From Gemmatimonadota bacterium (GTDB taxonomy: Bacteria; Gemmatimonadota; Gemmatimonadetes; JACCXV01; JAHWKZ01): a DNA stretch of 54,520 bases. Position numbers and translations under genes: made by a program. The stretch's first letter is position 1. Every line of letters starts with the position of its first letter. Location: positions 1 to 54,520 of the forward strand of contig DATLFF010000087.1 of NCBI GenBank assembly GCA_035524915.1, read 5' to 3'. Of the stretch, positions 18,203-26,321 are shown piece by piece. Below the pieces are notes generated by a model that saw only the letters and a program-made list of their open reading frames with translations, did no database searches and had not been told where the DNA came from.

Positions 18203-18938
18203 GGATCCCCGTGGCTTCGTCGTAGATCCGGCGGGCGAGCTGGACGTCCTCCCACGTGGGACGCTTGAGCGCGGGATTGCGCAGCAGCGCCGCCGGGTGG
18301 TACGTGGCCACCAGCGGCACGCCCTGGTACTCGAACACGCGGCCGCGGAGCGCGCCCATCGGCGCGTCCTCCCGAAGCAAGGTCCGCGCCGCGTGCCGGC
18401 CCAGGGTCAGGATGACGGCGGGTGCGATGAGGGCGATCTGGGTCTCCAGGTAGGGCTCGCAGGCGGCCACCTGGTGGGGCAGCGGGTCGGCGTTGTCGGG
18501 TGGCCGACACTTGAGCACGTTGGTGATGAAGACCTCCTCACGGCCGAAGCCGATCGCTGCCAGGATCTTCGTGAGGAGCTGGCCGGCGCGGCCCACGAAC
18601 GCCTCGCCCTGCTGGTCCTCGTGGAAGCCCGGGGCTTCGCCCACCACCATGAGACCCGTGTGCGGGGTGCCACTGCCCCAGACGACGTGGGTACGCGTCT
18701 CGCTGAGCTCGCACTTCGGGCAGACGAGCGCCTCGTCCCGGACGCGCGTCCAGGAGCTCTCGTCGAAGGCGTCCGGAGCGGGAGCCGGCTCGCCTCTCTC
18801 GGACGCTCCGCTCGGCCGGGCCACCTCGTCCGGCTCCTCGATCTCGACCGCCGCCGACCGGGTCACGTAGACGAACCGCTCCCCCAGCCGCCGCGCCCGG
18901 GCGAGCCGGGCCCTCGCATCGCCGCCGGGATCCGTCAC
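18195..18938 (-). CDS. uracil-DNA glycosylase, family 4
   Basis: Motifs CPKCELS, MVVGEAPGFHEDQQGEAFVGRAG, FITNVLKCRPP and YHPAALLRNP. GTG 18938 overlaps the coaBC stop as GTGA. The 3' end overlaps the dnaB start by 8 nt. The exact N-terminus is less certain. Confidence 0.82.
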   Translation of the reverse strand: MTDPGGDARARLARARRLGERFVYVTRSAAVEIEEPDEVARPSGASERGEPAPAPDAFDESSWTRVRDEALVCPKCELSETRTHVVWGSGTPHTGLMVVGEAPGFHEDQQGEAFVGRAGQLLTKILAAIGFGREEVFITNVLKCRPPDNADPLPHQVAACEPYLETQIALIAPAVILTLGRHAARTLLREDAPMGALRGRVFEYQGVPLVATYHPAALLRNPALKRPTWEDVQLARRIYDEATGIHG

Positions 18939-20281
18939 CGCCGGGCCGCCGCCCCGGCCGCGCGCCGGTCGAGGACGTGGGCCACCAGCTGGTGCGCGAG
19001 CGCGCGCTTGTCCATCGTTTCGAACTCCCGCTTCGACCCGTCGCGGCCGAGCACGGTCACGCGATTCGTGTCCACCTCGAAGCCGGCCCCCGGTTCGGTC
19101 GGGTCGTTGACGACCAGGAAGTCGCACCCCTTCACGTCCAGCTTCCGCCGGGCGCGGGCCTCGACGTCGTCGGTCTCGACGGCGAATCCCACCACCACGG
19201 TCTCGGCGTCGCGCTCGATCGCGGCCCGGGCCAGCACGTCCTCCGTCCGCTCGAGCTGGAGCACCCCGTCCCATTCGTCCTTCTTGATCTTCCCCGCCGA
19301 CGTTTCCGTCGGGCGCCAGTCCCCGACCGCCGCCGCCATCCAGAGCTGGGCGGCGCCGGGCAGCGCCTCGCGCACGGCCTCACCCATCTCCTCCGTCGTC
19401 GTGACGGCCACCGTCTTCACGAAGGGCGGGGCGTCGACCGTGGCGGGGCCGTGGATCAGCGTGACGTCGGCCCCCTCGCGCCAGGCCGCGCGGGCCACCG
19501 CGAAGCCCATCTTGCCGGAGGAGCGGTTGGCGAGGAAGCGAACCGGATCGATCGCCGCGTGAGTGGGTCCGGCGGTCACGACCACGCGGCGGCCGACCAG
19601 CCGCCCCGAGCCGTTCACCAGCCGGTCGAGCGCGGTGACCACGGCGTCGTTCCCCGGCCAGCGGCCCACGCCGCTCTCGCCACACGCCAGCGGCCCCTCG
19701 TCGGGCGTCACGACCCAGCAGCCCCGTTCCTGGAGAGTGGCCCGGTTCGCGCGTGTGGCGGGGTGGTCCCACATGGTGGCGTTCATCGACGGCACGAACA
19801 GGATCGGCACCGCCGCCGGATCGACGGCCACCAGGGTGGTGGAGAGAAGGTCGTCCGCCAGGCCGGCGGCCGCCTTGGCGAGCGTGTTCGCGGTCGCCGG
19901 CGCGACGACCACGGCGTCCACTCCGCGAGCGAAATCCAGGTGCGGAAACCGGTCGTACTCTCCCGGCTCGCCGCCCTCCGGCCAGTCGCTCCACAGCGAC
20001 GTCCCCACCCGCTCGCCGGACAGCGCTTCGAAGAGCGCGGGCCGCACCAGCTCCGCCGCCGAACTGGTCAGGACCACGCGCACGCGGGCCCCCGCACGGC
20101 GCAGGTCGCGCATCAGGTCGACGGCCTTGTAGCAGGCGATGCCGGACGACACGCCAAGGGTGATCGTCCGGCCGGCGAACGGCCGGTGTTCCGTTATTCG
20201 GCCCTCTTGTCGACGACCGTGTACTCGATCTCGCCCGCCACGAGGTCTTCCAGCGAGCGCGTCGTATACTTCTTCTTCCAC
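18935..20281 (-). CDS. coaBC: bifunctional phosphopantothenoylcysteine decarboxylase / phosphopantothenate-cysteine ligase
   Basis: Flavoprotein N-domain (ITLGVSSGIACYKAVDLMR, PSMNATMW) and CoaB C-domain (VVVTAGPTHAAIDPVRFLANRSSGKMG). The only canonical in-frame start is GTG 20281, which overlaps rpoZ by 88 nt, so the start is uncertain (see findings). Confidence 0.86.
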   Translation of the reverse strand: MEEEVYDALAGRPRGGRDRVHGRRQEGRITEHRPFAGRTITLGVSSGIACYKAVDLMRDLRRAGARVRVVLTSSAAELVRPALFEALSGERVGTSLWSDWPEGGEPGEYDRFPHLDFARGVDAVVVAPATANTLAKAAAGLADDLLSTTLVAVDPAAVPILFVPSMNATMWDHPATRANRATLQERGCWVVTPDEGPLACGESGVGRWPGNDAVVTALDRLVNGSGRLVGRRVVVTAGPTHAAIDPVRFLANRSSGKMGFAVARAAWREGADVTLIHGPATVDAPPFVKTVAVTTTEEMGEAVREALPGAAQLWMAAAVGDWRPTETSAGKIKKDEWDGVLQLERTEDVLARAAIERDAETVVVGFAVETDDVEARARRKLDVKGCDFLVVNDPTEPGAGFEVDTNRVTVLGRDGSKREFETMDKRALAHQLVAHVLDRRAAGAAARR

Positions 20282-20406
20282 TCCTTGCCGCCTTCCTTCG
20301 GCAGCTCGTTGAGCTTCCTGGCGTAGGCCGCAGCCACCATCACGCCCTCGTATTTATTGTCACTCGGGGTCGCGGTCGCGACCTCTCCCGGGGTGACCAC
20401 CTTCAT
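20194..20406 (-). CDS. rpoZ: DNA-directed RNA polymerase subunit omega
   Basis: 70-aa product MKVVTPGEVATATPSDNKYEGVMVAAAYARKLNE... with an RpoZ-like core. ATG 20406 overlaps the gmk stop as ATGA. Conserved gmk-rpoZ-coaBC order. Confidence 0.82.
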   Translation of the reverse strand: MKVVTPGEVATATPSDNKYEGVMVAAAYARKLNELPKEGGKEWKKKYTTRSLEDLVAGEIEYTVVDKRAE

Positions 20407-21092
20407 CGGATGCCTCCTTCTGTCGTGGATATTCCCGGCGCGGCGCGCCGGGGGAAATGGACCTCGAGCCATTCGCCGAGGGTGTCCAGGCGCACGCGCC
20501 TGCGCTCCTCGGCGTGAATGATGCTGGAAAACACCTCCACGGTCTTCTCCAGCTCGCGGTTCACGATCACGTACTCGTACTGCTCCACGCTCTCGAGCTC
20601 GCGGAGCGCCTCCTCCATCCTCCCGTCGATCACCTCGGCGCTGTCGGTCCCGCGCCCCCTGAGCCGCGCCTCCATCGCCGCATGCGACGGCGGCAGGAGG
20701 AAGATCGACACGGCCCCCGGGTAGGCCCGCATCAGGCTCGTGCCGCCCTGCACGTCGACATCCAGCAGCACGTGGTAGCCATCCTCGAGCGCGCGATCGA
20801 TCTCGGCCCGCGGGGTGCCGTAGAGATTTCCGTGGACCACGGCCCACTCGGCCAGCTCCCCGTCGCCCCTGGCCCGCTCGAACTCGGCCTCGTCCACGAA
20901 CCGGTAGTCGGCCCCATCCACCTCTCCCTCGCGGCGCGCCCGCGTGGTCAGCGAGACGGCGAAGCGGATGTAGGGCAGCCGCTCGAAGATCTCGTTCGCC
21001 ACCGACGTCTTCCCCGCCCCGCTGGGGGCCGACAGGACGATCGGGAACGGCCGGGTCTTGATCCCGACGTCGGCATCGCGCTCGGTCACCAC
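20403..21092 (-). CDS. gmk: guanylate kinase
   Basis: ORF 20403..21092. P-loop LSAPSGAGKTS, then SLTTRARREGEVDGADYRFV and GNLYGT motifs. Confidence 0.92.
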   Translation of the reverse strand: MVTERDADVGIKTRPFPIVLSAPSGAGKTSVANEIFERLPYIRFAVSLTTRARREGEVDGADYRFVDEAEFERARGDGELAEWAVVHGNLYGTPRAEIDRALEDGYHVLLDVDVQGGTSLMRAYPGAVSIFLLPPSHAAMEARLRGRGTDSAEVIDGRMEEALRELESVEQYEYVIVNRELEKTVEVFSSIIHAEERRRVRLDTLGEWLEVHFPRRAAPGISTTEGGIR

Positions 21093-21105
21093 GTGACCCC
21101 CCGGC

Positions 21106-21999
21106 TCACTCCACGTTCTCGGCCTGCTCGCGCATCCTCTCCAGCTCGGCCTTCATCTCGATCGCGGCCTGCTGGATCTCGGCGTCGTTGCCCTTGGCGC
21201 CGATCGTGTTCGCCTCGCGTCCGAGCTCCTGGAGCAGGAACGTGAGCTTGCGTCCGACCCCGCCGGCGGCGGCCGTGAGCTCCGCCTCGAAGTGGTCGAG
21301 GTGCGCCCGCATGCGGGTGAGCTCCTCGCTCACGTCCAGCCGATCGGCCAGGAGGACGATCTCCTGCGCGATCCGGGCGTCGAGCGTTTCGCCGGCCGAT
21401 TCGAGCAGCTCGGCGACCTTCTTGAGAAGCCGCTCGCGCTCCCGCTCCTCGCGGCGGGGCGCGAGCTCGGCGATCCGGCCGCGCAGCGCCTCGATGGCCC
21501 CGATTCGCTCGCGGAAGTCCCGCTCCAGGGCCGCGCCCTCGACCGAGCGGCTCTCGATCAGGCCGTCGAGCGCCCGGGACAGAGCCTCTCCGGCCGCTCC
21601 CAGGAAGATTTCGTCGGCGACCGGCTCCGACTTCGCGTCCCAGACGAGCACGCCCGGCAGCGTCAACAGGGACTCGACCGACACCCGCTTGGTCACGCCG
21701 GGATGCCCTTCCAGGGTCTCCGCGATCTCCAGGTAGCGGTCGAGCACCTCCCGGTCGAGCGCGGGCCCGCGCGCCGCGGCCGTCCCCCCGGCCTCCACCT
21801 CGATCAGCACCTGGACGTGCCCGCGCTCCACCCGCTCGGAGCACATCGCCGCCACCCGACTCTCCAGATGCGCGTACTCGCGCGGCATCCGGACGTGGGC
21901 GTTGAAGTAGCGGTGGTTGACCGACTTGACTTCGACCTGGAAGCGATGGCCGTCCATCGCCGCCTCGCCGCGGCCGAACCCCGTCATGCTCCGAATCAC
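21106..21999 (-). CDS. YicC/YloC family stress-induced endoribonuclease-like protein
   Basis: N-terminus (V)IRSMTGFGRGE and C-terminus LTFLLQELGREANTIGAKGND are typical of the YicC family. GGAGG lies 5 nt upstream of GTG 21999. Sits upstream of gmk, as in many bacteria. Confidence 0.88.
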   Translation of the reverse strand: MIRSMTGFGRGEAAMDGHRFQVEVKSVNHRYFNAHVRMPREYAHLESRVAAMCSERVERGHVQVLIEVEAGGTAAARGPALDREVLDRYLEIAETLEGHPGVTKRVSVESLLTLPGVLVWDAKSEPVADEIFLGAAGEALSRALDGLIESRSVEGAALERDFRERIGAIEALRGRIAELAPRREERERERLLKKVAELLESAGETLDARIAQEIVLLADRLDVSEELTRMRAHLDHFEAELTAAAGGVGRKLTFLLQELGREANTIGAKGNDAEIQQAAIEMKAELERMREQAENVE

Positions 22000-22047
22000 G
22001 GGACCTCCGAATCTATCCGCACGGCGCTTCGAACGCCATCGCGGCCA

Positions 22048-22434
22048 CTATACCCGCTTATCCCAACCGCCCGGCAGGAGCCGGCTCACGGCCGCGATCC
22101 CTTGCCGCACGAGCTCGATCAGCTCGGCGTCCCCGTCCCAGTGTTCCAGCACCACCGCGGGGTCGACCCGGTTCAGCATGCCGTGGAGCGCCAGGAGCGC
22201 GAGCACGACGTCGTCCAGCTGGCCCAGCCCCGGGATGAAATCGGGGATGACGTCGATCGGGGAGATGAGGTACACCAGCGTGCCGCCGAACAGGATCTTG
22301 CTGCGGAACGGGACGCGCGGGTCGGTGAGCAGGCGCTTGAGCAGCAACGCGAAGTTCGGCAGGAACAGCGCCATCTCCCGGAGCGTCCCACGGGCGCGCG
22401 CCCTGTCCATCCGCTCGGGAAGCGCCTCAGGCAC
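22048..22434 (-). CDS. DUF1232 (YkvA-like) domain membrane protein
   Basis: ORF 22048..22434. Core LVYLISPIDVIPDFIPGLGQLDDVVL matches the DUF1232 signature. Its start overlaps the larB stop by 8 nt; ATG 22410 is an alternative start. Confidence 0.7.
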   Translation of the reverse strand: MPEALPERMDRARARGTLREMALFLPNFALLLKRLLTDPRVPFRSKILFGGTLVYLISPIDVIPDFIPGLGQLDDVVLALLALHGMLNRVDPAVVLEHWDGDAELIELVRQGIAAVSRLLPGGWDKRV

Positions 22435-23242
22435 AGGCCTCCTCCTCCCCGACAGCCGCGGCGGCCCGCAGGCGGTTGATCCGCGCCGCCGCGAAGCCCC
22501 CCCCGAGGCCGTTGTCGATGTTGACGACCGTGACCCCGGCGGCGCAGGCGTTCAGCATCGCGAGGAGCGCCGCCAGCCCCCCGAACGACGCTCCGTAGCC
22601 GACGCTGGTCGGCACGGCCACCACCGGCGCCCGGACGAGCCCCGCCACCACCGAGGGCAACGCCCCGTCCATTCCCGCCACGACGACGATCGCGCCGGCC
22701 GCCGTGAGCGACTCCTCCCGCTCGAGGAGGCGGTGGATCCCGGCCACCCCCACGTCGACCACGTGCTCGACCGGCTCTCCCATGGCCCGGACCGTCTCGA
22801 CCGCCTCCTCCGCCACCGGCAGGTCGCTGGTCCCCGCCGTCAGCACCAGCACCGGCGGGGCCGCCCGGGGGGCCGGGGCGCCCGCGCACACGGTCCGCGC
22901 CACCGGGTTCCAGCGGGCCGCCGGGACCGCCCGCCGGATCGCCTCGGCATGCGCCTCCGAGGCCCGCGTGGCCAGCACGAGACCGGCGCGCCGCCAGAGC
23001 CGATCGGCGATCGCCGCCGCCTGCTCGGGCTCCTTCCCCGGGCAGTAGATCACCTCGGGCTGACCGTTCCGGAGGGCGCGATGGTGGTCGATGGTGGCGA
23101 ACGGGAGCCGCTCGTGCGGCCAGCCCGCGAGGGCCGTGCAGGCCTCGTCGACGCCGATCCGCCCGTCGCGGACCGCCGCCAGCGTGGTTCTGAGGAGGGC
23201 GTCGAACACGGCGCCGAGTTTACGCTGCCCGACCCCGTCCAT
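22427..23242 (-). CDS. larB: nickel-pincer cofactor biosynthesis protein LarB (PurE-like)
   Basis: ORF 22427..23242. N-terminal domain, then a PurE-like C-domain (VLVLTAGTSDLPVAEEA..., VVAGMDGALPSVVAGLV..PVVAVPTSVGYG) as in LarB. Confidence 0.82.
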   Translation of the reverse strand: MDGVGQRKLGAVFDALLRTTLAAVRDGRIGVDEACTALAGWPHERLPFATIDHHRALRNGQPEVIYCPGKEPEQAAAIADRLWRRAGLVLATRASEAHAEAIRRAVPAARWNPVARTVCAGAPAPRAAPPVLVLTAGTSDLPVAEEAVETVRAMGEPVEHVVDVGVAGIHRLLEREESLTAAGAIVVVAGMDGALPSVVAGLVRAPVVAVPTSVGYGASFGGLAALLAMLNACAAGVTVVNIDNGLGGGFAAARINRLRAAAAVGEEEACA

Positions 23243-23295
23243 CCACCGGGCGGCGCGCTGGATGCCGCGCCCCCTCGCGCGTTAAGGTTCTGGGC

Positions 23296-24024
23296 ATGGA
23301 GTGGACGGATCCCCCCGGCACGCCCGCCCTCGACCCCGGCGAGGCGCACGTGTGGCGCATCGACCTGCGGCGGGAGCCGTCCGAGCTGGAGCGCGATCGG
23401 GCGCTCCTCTCCGAGCGGGAGCGCCTCCGCGCCGAGCGGTTCCGGTTCGCGATTCACCACGACCGCTACGTGGCCGCCCACGCCGCCCTGCGCTCGATCC
23501 TGGCGCGCTACCTGGAGATCGCGCCCGAGGAGATCCGCTACGTCCTGGGCCCCGCGGGGAAGCCTTCGCTCGCCCCCGGAGTGGCCGCCCGCGACCTGCG
23601 CTTCAACCTCTCCGATTCGGGCGACCTCGCGCTCTGCGCGGTGGCCGAGGCGCGGGAGCTGGGGGTGGACCTCGAGCGGATGCGCCGCGACGCCCCGGTG
23701 ATGGAGCTGGCCGAGCGCTGGCTCGCGCCGCCCGAAGCCGCGGCGCTCCGCCGGATCTCCGAGGCCCACCGGGCCGCCGCCTTCTTCGCCTGCTGGACCC
23801 GCAAGGAGGCCTACGTGAAGGCCCGCGGCGGGAGCATCATCCGTTCGCTTCGCACCTTCGCCGTCACGGTCGAGCCCGGCGCGGCCCGGGTCGAGCTCCA
23901 CGTCCACGACGACCCGGGGGCCGCAGGACAGTGGTGGCTCGGCGAGCTGGACGTGGCGCCGGGCTTCGCCGCCGCGCTGGCCTCCGAGGGCGAGGTCCGG
24001 CTGAGCCGCTTCCGGTGGTCGTGA
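23296..24024 (+). CDS. 4'-phosphopantetheinyl transferase (Sfp-type)
   Basis: ORF 23296..24024. Motifs GKPSL, FNLSDSGDLALCAV, GVDLE and WTRKEAYVKARG are typical of Sfp-family PPTases. Confidence 0.85.
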   Translation: MEWTDPPGTPALDPGEAHVWRIDLRREPSELERDRALLSERERLRAERFRFAIHHDRYVAAHAALRSILARYLEIAPEEIRYVLGPAGKPSLAPGVAARDLRFNLSDSGDLALCAVAEARELGVDLERMRRDAPVMELAERWLAPPEAAALRRISEAHRAAAFFACWTRKEAYVKARGGSIIRSLRTFAVTVEPGAARVELHVHDDPGAAGQWWLGELDVAPGFAAALASEGEVRLSRFRWS

Positions 24025-25250
24025 GCCGGCGGGCGCTCGCGGTCGCGCTCCTGGCGGGCGCGCTCGCGACCGCTCCCGCCGCCGGCCAGGAGCGACGTCC
24101 GAGCGAGCCAATCCCGTTCGAGCCGGAACCCGCGCCGCGTCCACCCCGGGTCCAGGCCGAGAAACCCCCGCTCTGGCTGGTCGAATGGCCGGGCTGGCAC
24201 GGCCTGGTGCTCGAGCGGTACAACCGGACCGACGGGCTCGTCGCCGGGTTCGGCGCCGTGCTCGAGCCGACGGACCCGGCGCGGGCCCCCGCGGTCTCGC
24301 TCCGAGGCTCCACCCCCACCACCCACCAGCGGCTCTACTGGCACGCCCGGGCTCGCCAGCGCGCGCCGTTTCCCGGCGGATGGGCGGCGCACGTGGTGGT
24401 GGATGCGTTCCATCGCGGGCGCACCTACGACGACTGGAAGATCTCCACCCGGGAGAACGACTTCACCACGTTTCTGGTCGGGAGCGATCAGCTGGACTGG
24501 TGGCGCGAGCGGGGATGGCGTCTGGCGTACGAGCTGGAGTCCGAGCGCGGCCGGTGGGCCGGCACGCTGGCCCTGCTCTCGGCGGAGCAGCACTCCCAGG
24601 CAATGGAGGAGCCGTTCGTGCTGATCGGCGCCGGCGAATTCCGGCCCAACCCTCCGGTGGAGGCGGGCACGCTCCGGAGCCTCTCCTTCCGCCAGCGGAT
24701 CGACACGCGGAACATCCAGAGCCCGCTTCTGCCGGCGCCCGGCTGGCTGGTGACCCTCGAGGCCGAGCTGGCCGGGGGCATGCTCGGAGGCGACATCGGG
24801 TTCGCCCACGGCTTCGCCGACGTTCGCCGCTACATCCGGATCGGGACCGACGCCTGGTGGGACACCCGCCTGGTCTGGATCGAGAGCGACGCGCCCGACG
24901 ACGAGCCGGTGCCCCAGCGCCACGCCATGCTGGGCGGCCCCGGCTCGCTCCGCGGCTTTCGCGCCGCCGAGTTCATCGGCGCCGACGCGGTCCAGGTGAA
25001 CACGGAAGTGCGCATCCCGCTGCCGGTGATCGACCCGATCGGGCTGTTCTTCCTCTCCTGGCATTGGGTCGCCTTCGCCGACGCCGGATCGGTCGACGAT
25101 CTCGGGGACTGGCACGCCGACGTCGGGATGGGGATCTCGGGCATCAACATCTTCTCGTACGTCGGGGTCTTCGTGGCCCAGCGGGTGACCGATCGGGGCG
25201 GGGACAACGACGGACCTCGCCTCGTTGTCAGGCTGAGACGCGACTTCTAA
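24021..25250 (+). CDS. Omp85/BamA-family outer-membrane beta-barrel protein (no POTRA recognised)
   Basis: GTG 24021 overlaps the PPTase stop as GTGA. Signal peptide VSRRALAVALLAGALATAPAAGQ. C-terminal half resembles the surface-antigen (D15) barrel (GGPGSLRGFRAAEF, NTEVRIPL) and ends ...RLRRDF with a terminal Phe. Confidence 0.68.
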   Translation: MSRRALAVALLAGALATAPAAGQERRPSEPIPFEPEPAPRPPRVQAEKPPLWLVEWPGWHGLVLERYNRTDGLVAGFGAVLEPTDPARAPAVSLRGSTPTTHQRLYWHARARQRAPFPGGWAAHVVVDAFHRGRTYDDWKISTRENDFTTFLVGSDQLDWWRERGWRLAYELESERGRWAGTLALLSAEQHSQAMEEPFVLIGAGEFRPNPPVEAGTLRSLSFRQRIDTRNIQSPLLPAPGWLVTLEAELAGGMLGGDIGFAHGFADVRRYIRIGTDAWWDTRLVWIESDAPDDEPVPQRHAMLGGPGSLRGFRAAEFIGADAVQVNTEVRIPLPVIDPIGLFFLSWHWVAFADAGSVDDLGDWHADVGMGISGINIFSYVGVFVAQRVTDRGGDNDGPRLVVRLRRDF

Positions 25251-25318
25251 CTTCGGCCGCTCGTCGCGCGCGGGGGTCGGATTCCCCCGATGACCCATCT
25301 TCCATGTGAAGGAATCCC

Positions 25319-25768
25319 ATGAAGCTGGTCGAGTTCTTCTCCGAGGATGACGTGGCCCTGCAGCTCGCCGCTTCCGACAAGGACGCCACCCTTCGCGAGC
25401 TGGTCGCCCTCCTCGACCTCGACGACAACGCGGAGATGCTCTTCAATCTGCTGAAGAAGCGGGAGAACCTGGGTTCCACCGGCATCGGCAAGGGGGTGGC
25501 GATCCCCCACTGCCGCTCGCTGGTGGTGGACCGGCTGCGCGTCGCCTACGGCCGCAAGCCCGGCGGGCTCGACTTCGACGCCGTGGACGCCAAGCCGGTG
25601 CAGCACTTCTTCCTGATCGTGGCCCCGCCGGTCGAGATTTCCAACCAGTACCTCCCCGTCCTCGGCAAGATCGCCCAGTTCTGCAAGAACCCGAAGAACC
25701 TAGGCCGCCTCTCCGAGATCGAGAGCAACGAAGAGTTCTTCGAGATCCTGGAGGGCGCCGAGATCTAG
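25319..25768 (+). CDS. PTS EIIA(Ntr)-type (PtsN-like) regulatory protein
   Basis: ORF 25319..25768. PTS_EIIA_2 signature with the active-site His in GSTGIGKGVAIPHCR. Single-domain protein of 149 aa. Confidence 0.85.
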   Translation: MKLVEFFSEDDVALQLAASDKDATLRELVALLDLDDNAEMLFNLLKKRENLGSTGIGKGVAIPHCRSLVVDRLRVAYGRKPGGLDFDAVDAKPVQHFFLIVAPPVEISNQYLPVLGKIAQFCKNPKNLGRLSEIESNEEFFEILEGAEI

Positions 25769-26310
25769 GGGGCCGGCGGGGCTTCCGTCGCCGGCTCGGA
25801 GATCCCCTCCGCCTCCCGCGGGCGGATGAAGAGGATGCGCGAGAACTGCTGCGCGCCGTGGAACAGGAACCACAGAACCCCCCAGACGTAGATTCCCTCC
25901 CGCCGTTCTTCGAAGGCGCCCAGCGCGACGGCCGTCTGGACTCCCGCGTTCGCCAGGTGGATCACCGCGTTCGAGCCGAGGATCCAGCGGTGGAACACCT
26001 CGGGGGTCTCGTGCATGAAGCGGAGGCTGGGGCCGAGCCTCGATCCGACGAAGGCCACCGAGTACGCGGCCATCAGGGCGCTGGAAGCGCGCCAGGCGGC
26101 CCCCGCCTCGACCCCCAGCACGGCGATCCCCAGCGGCAGGAGCCCCAGGAACATCGCGCCGAACGTGGTCCCGAACAGCAGCGAGAGACGGTAGGATTCG
26201 AGCGGGGTCAGGCGGCCCGGAAGACGCACGAACGCGATCGTGATCCCGCTGAATCCCGCCAGGGCCAACGCCATCTGCGATAACGTGATGAGCAGGGTCG
26301 GCTCGTCCAG
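25765..26310 (-). CDS. hypothetical integral membrane protein
   Basis: C-terminal part of track ORF 25765..27930, with 5-6 hydrophobic segments. CTG 26310 lies 6 nt after GAGGAGG. The first canonical start, ATG 26274, has no SD and would cut into the first TM helix. The start is inferred. Confidence 0.55.
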   Translation of the reverse strand: MDEPTLLITLSQMALALAGFSGITIAFVRLPGRLTPLESYRLSLLFGTTFGAMFLGLLPLGIAVLGVEAGAAWRASSALMAAYSVAFVGSRLGPSLRFMHETPEVFHRWILGSNAVIHLANAGVQTAVALGAFEERREGIYVWGVLWFLFHGAQQFSRILFIRPREAEGISEPATEAPPAP

Positions 26311-26321
26311 ATTCGACCTCC

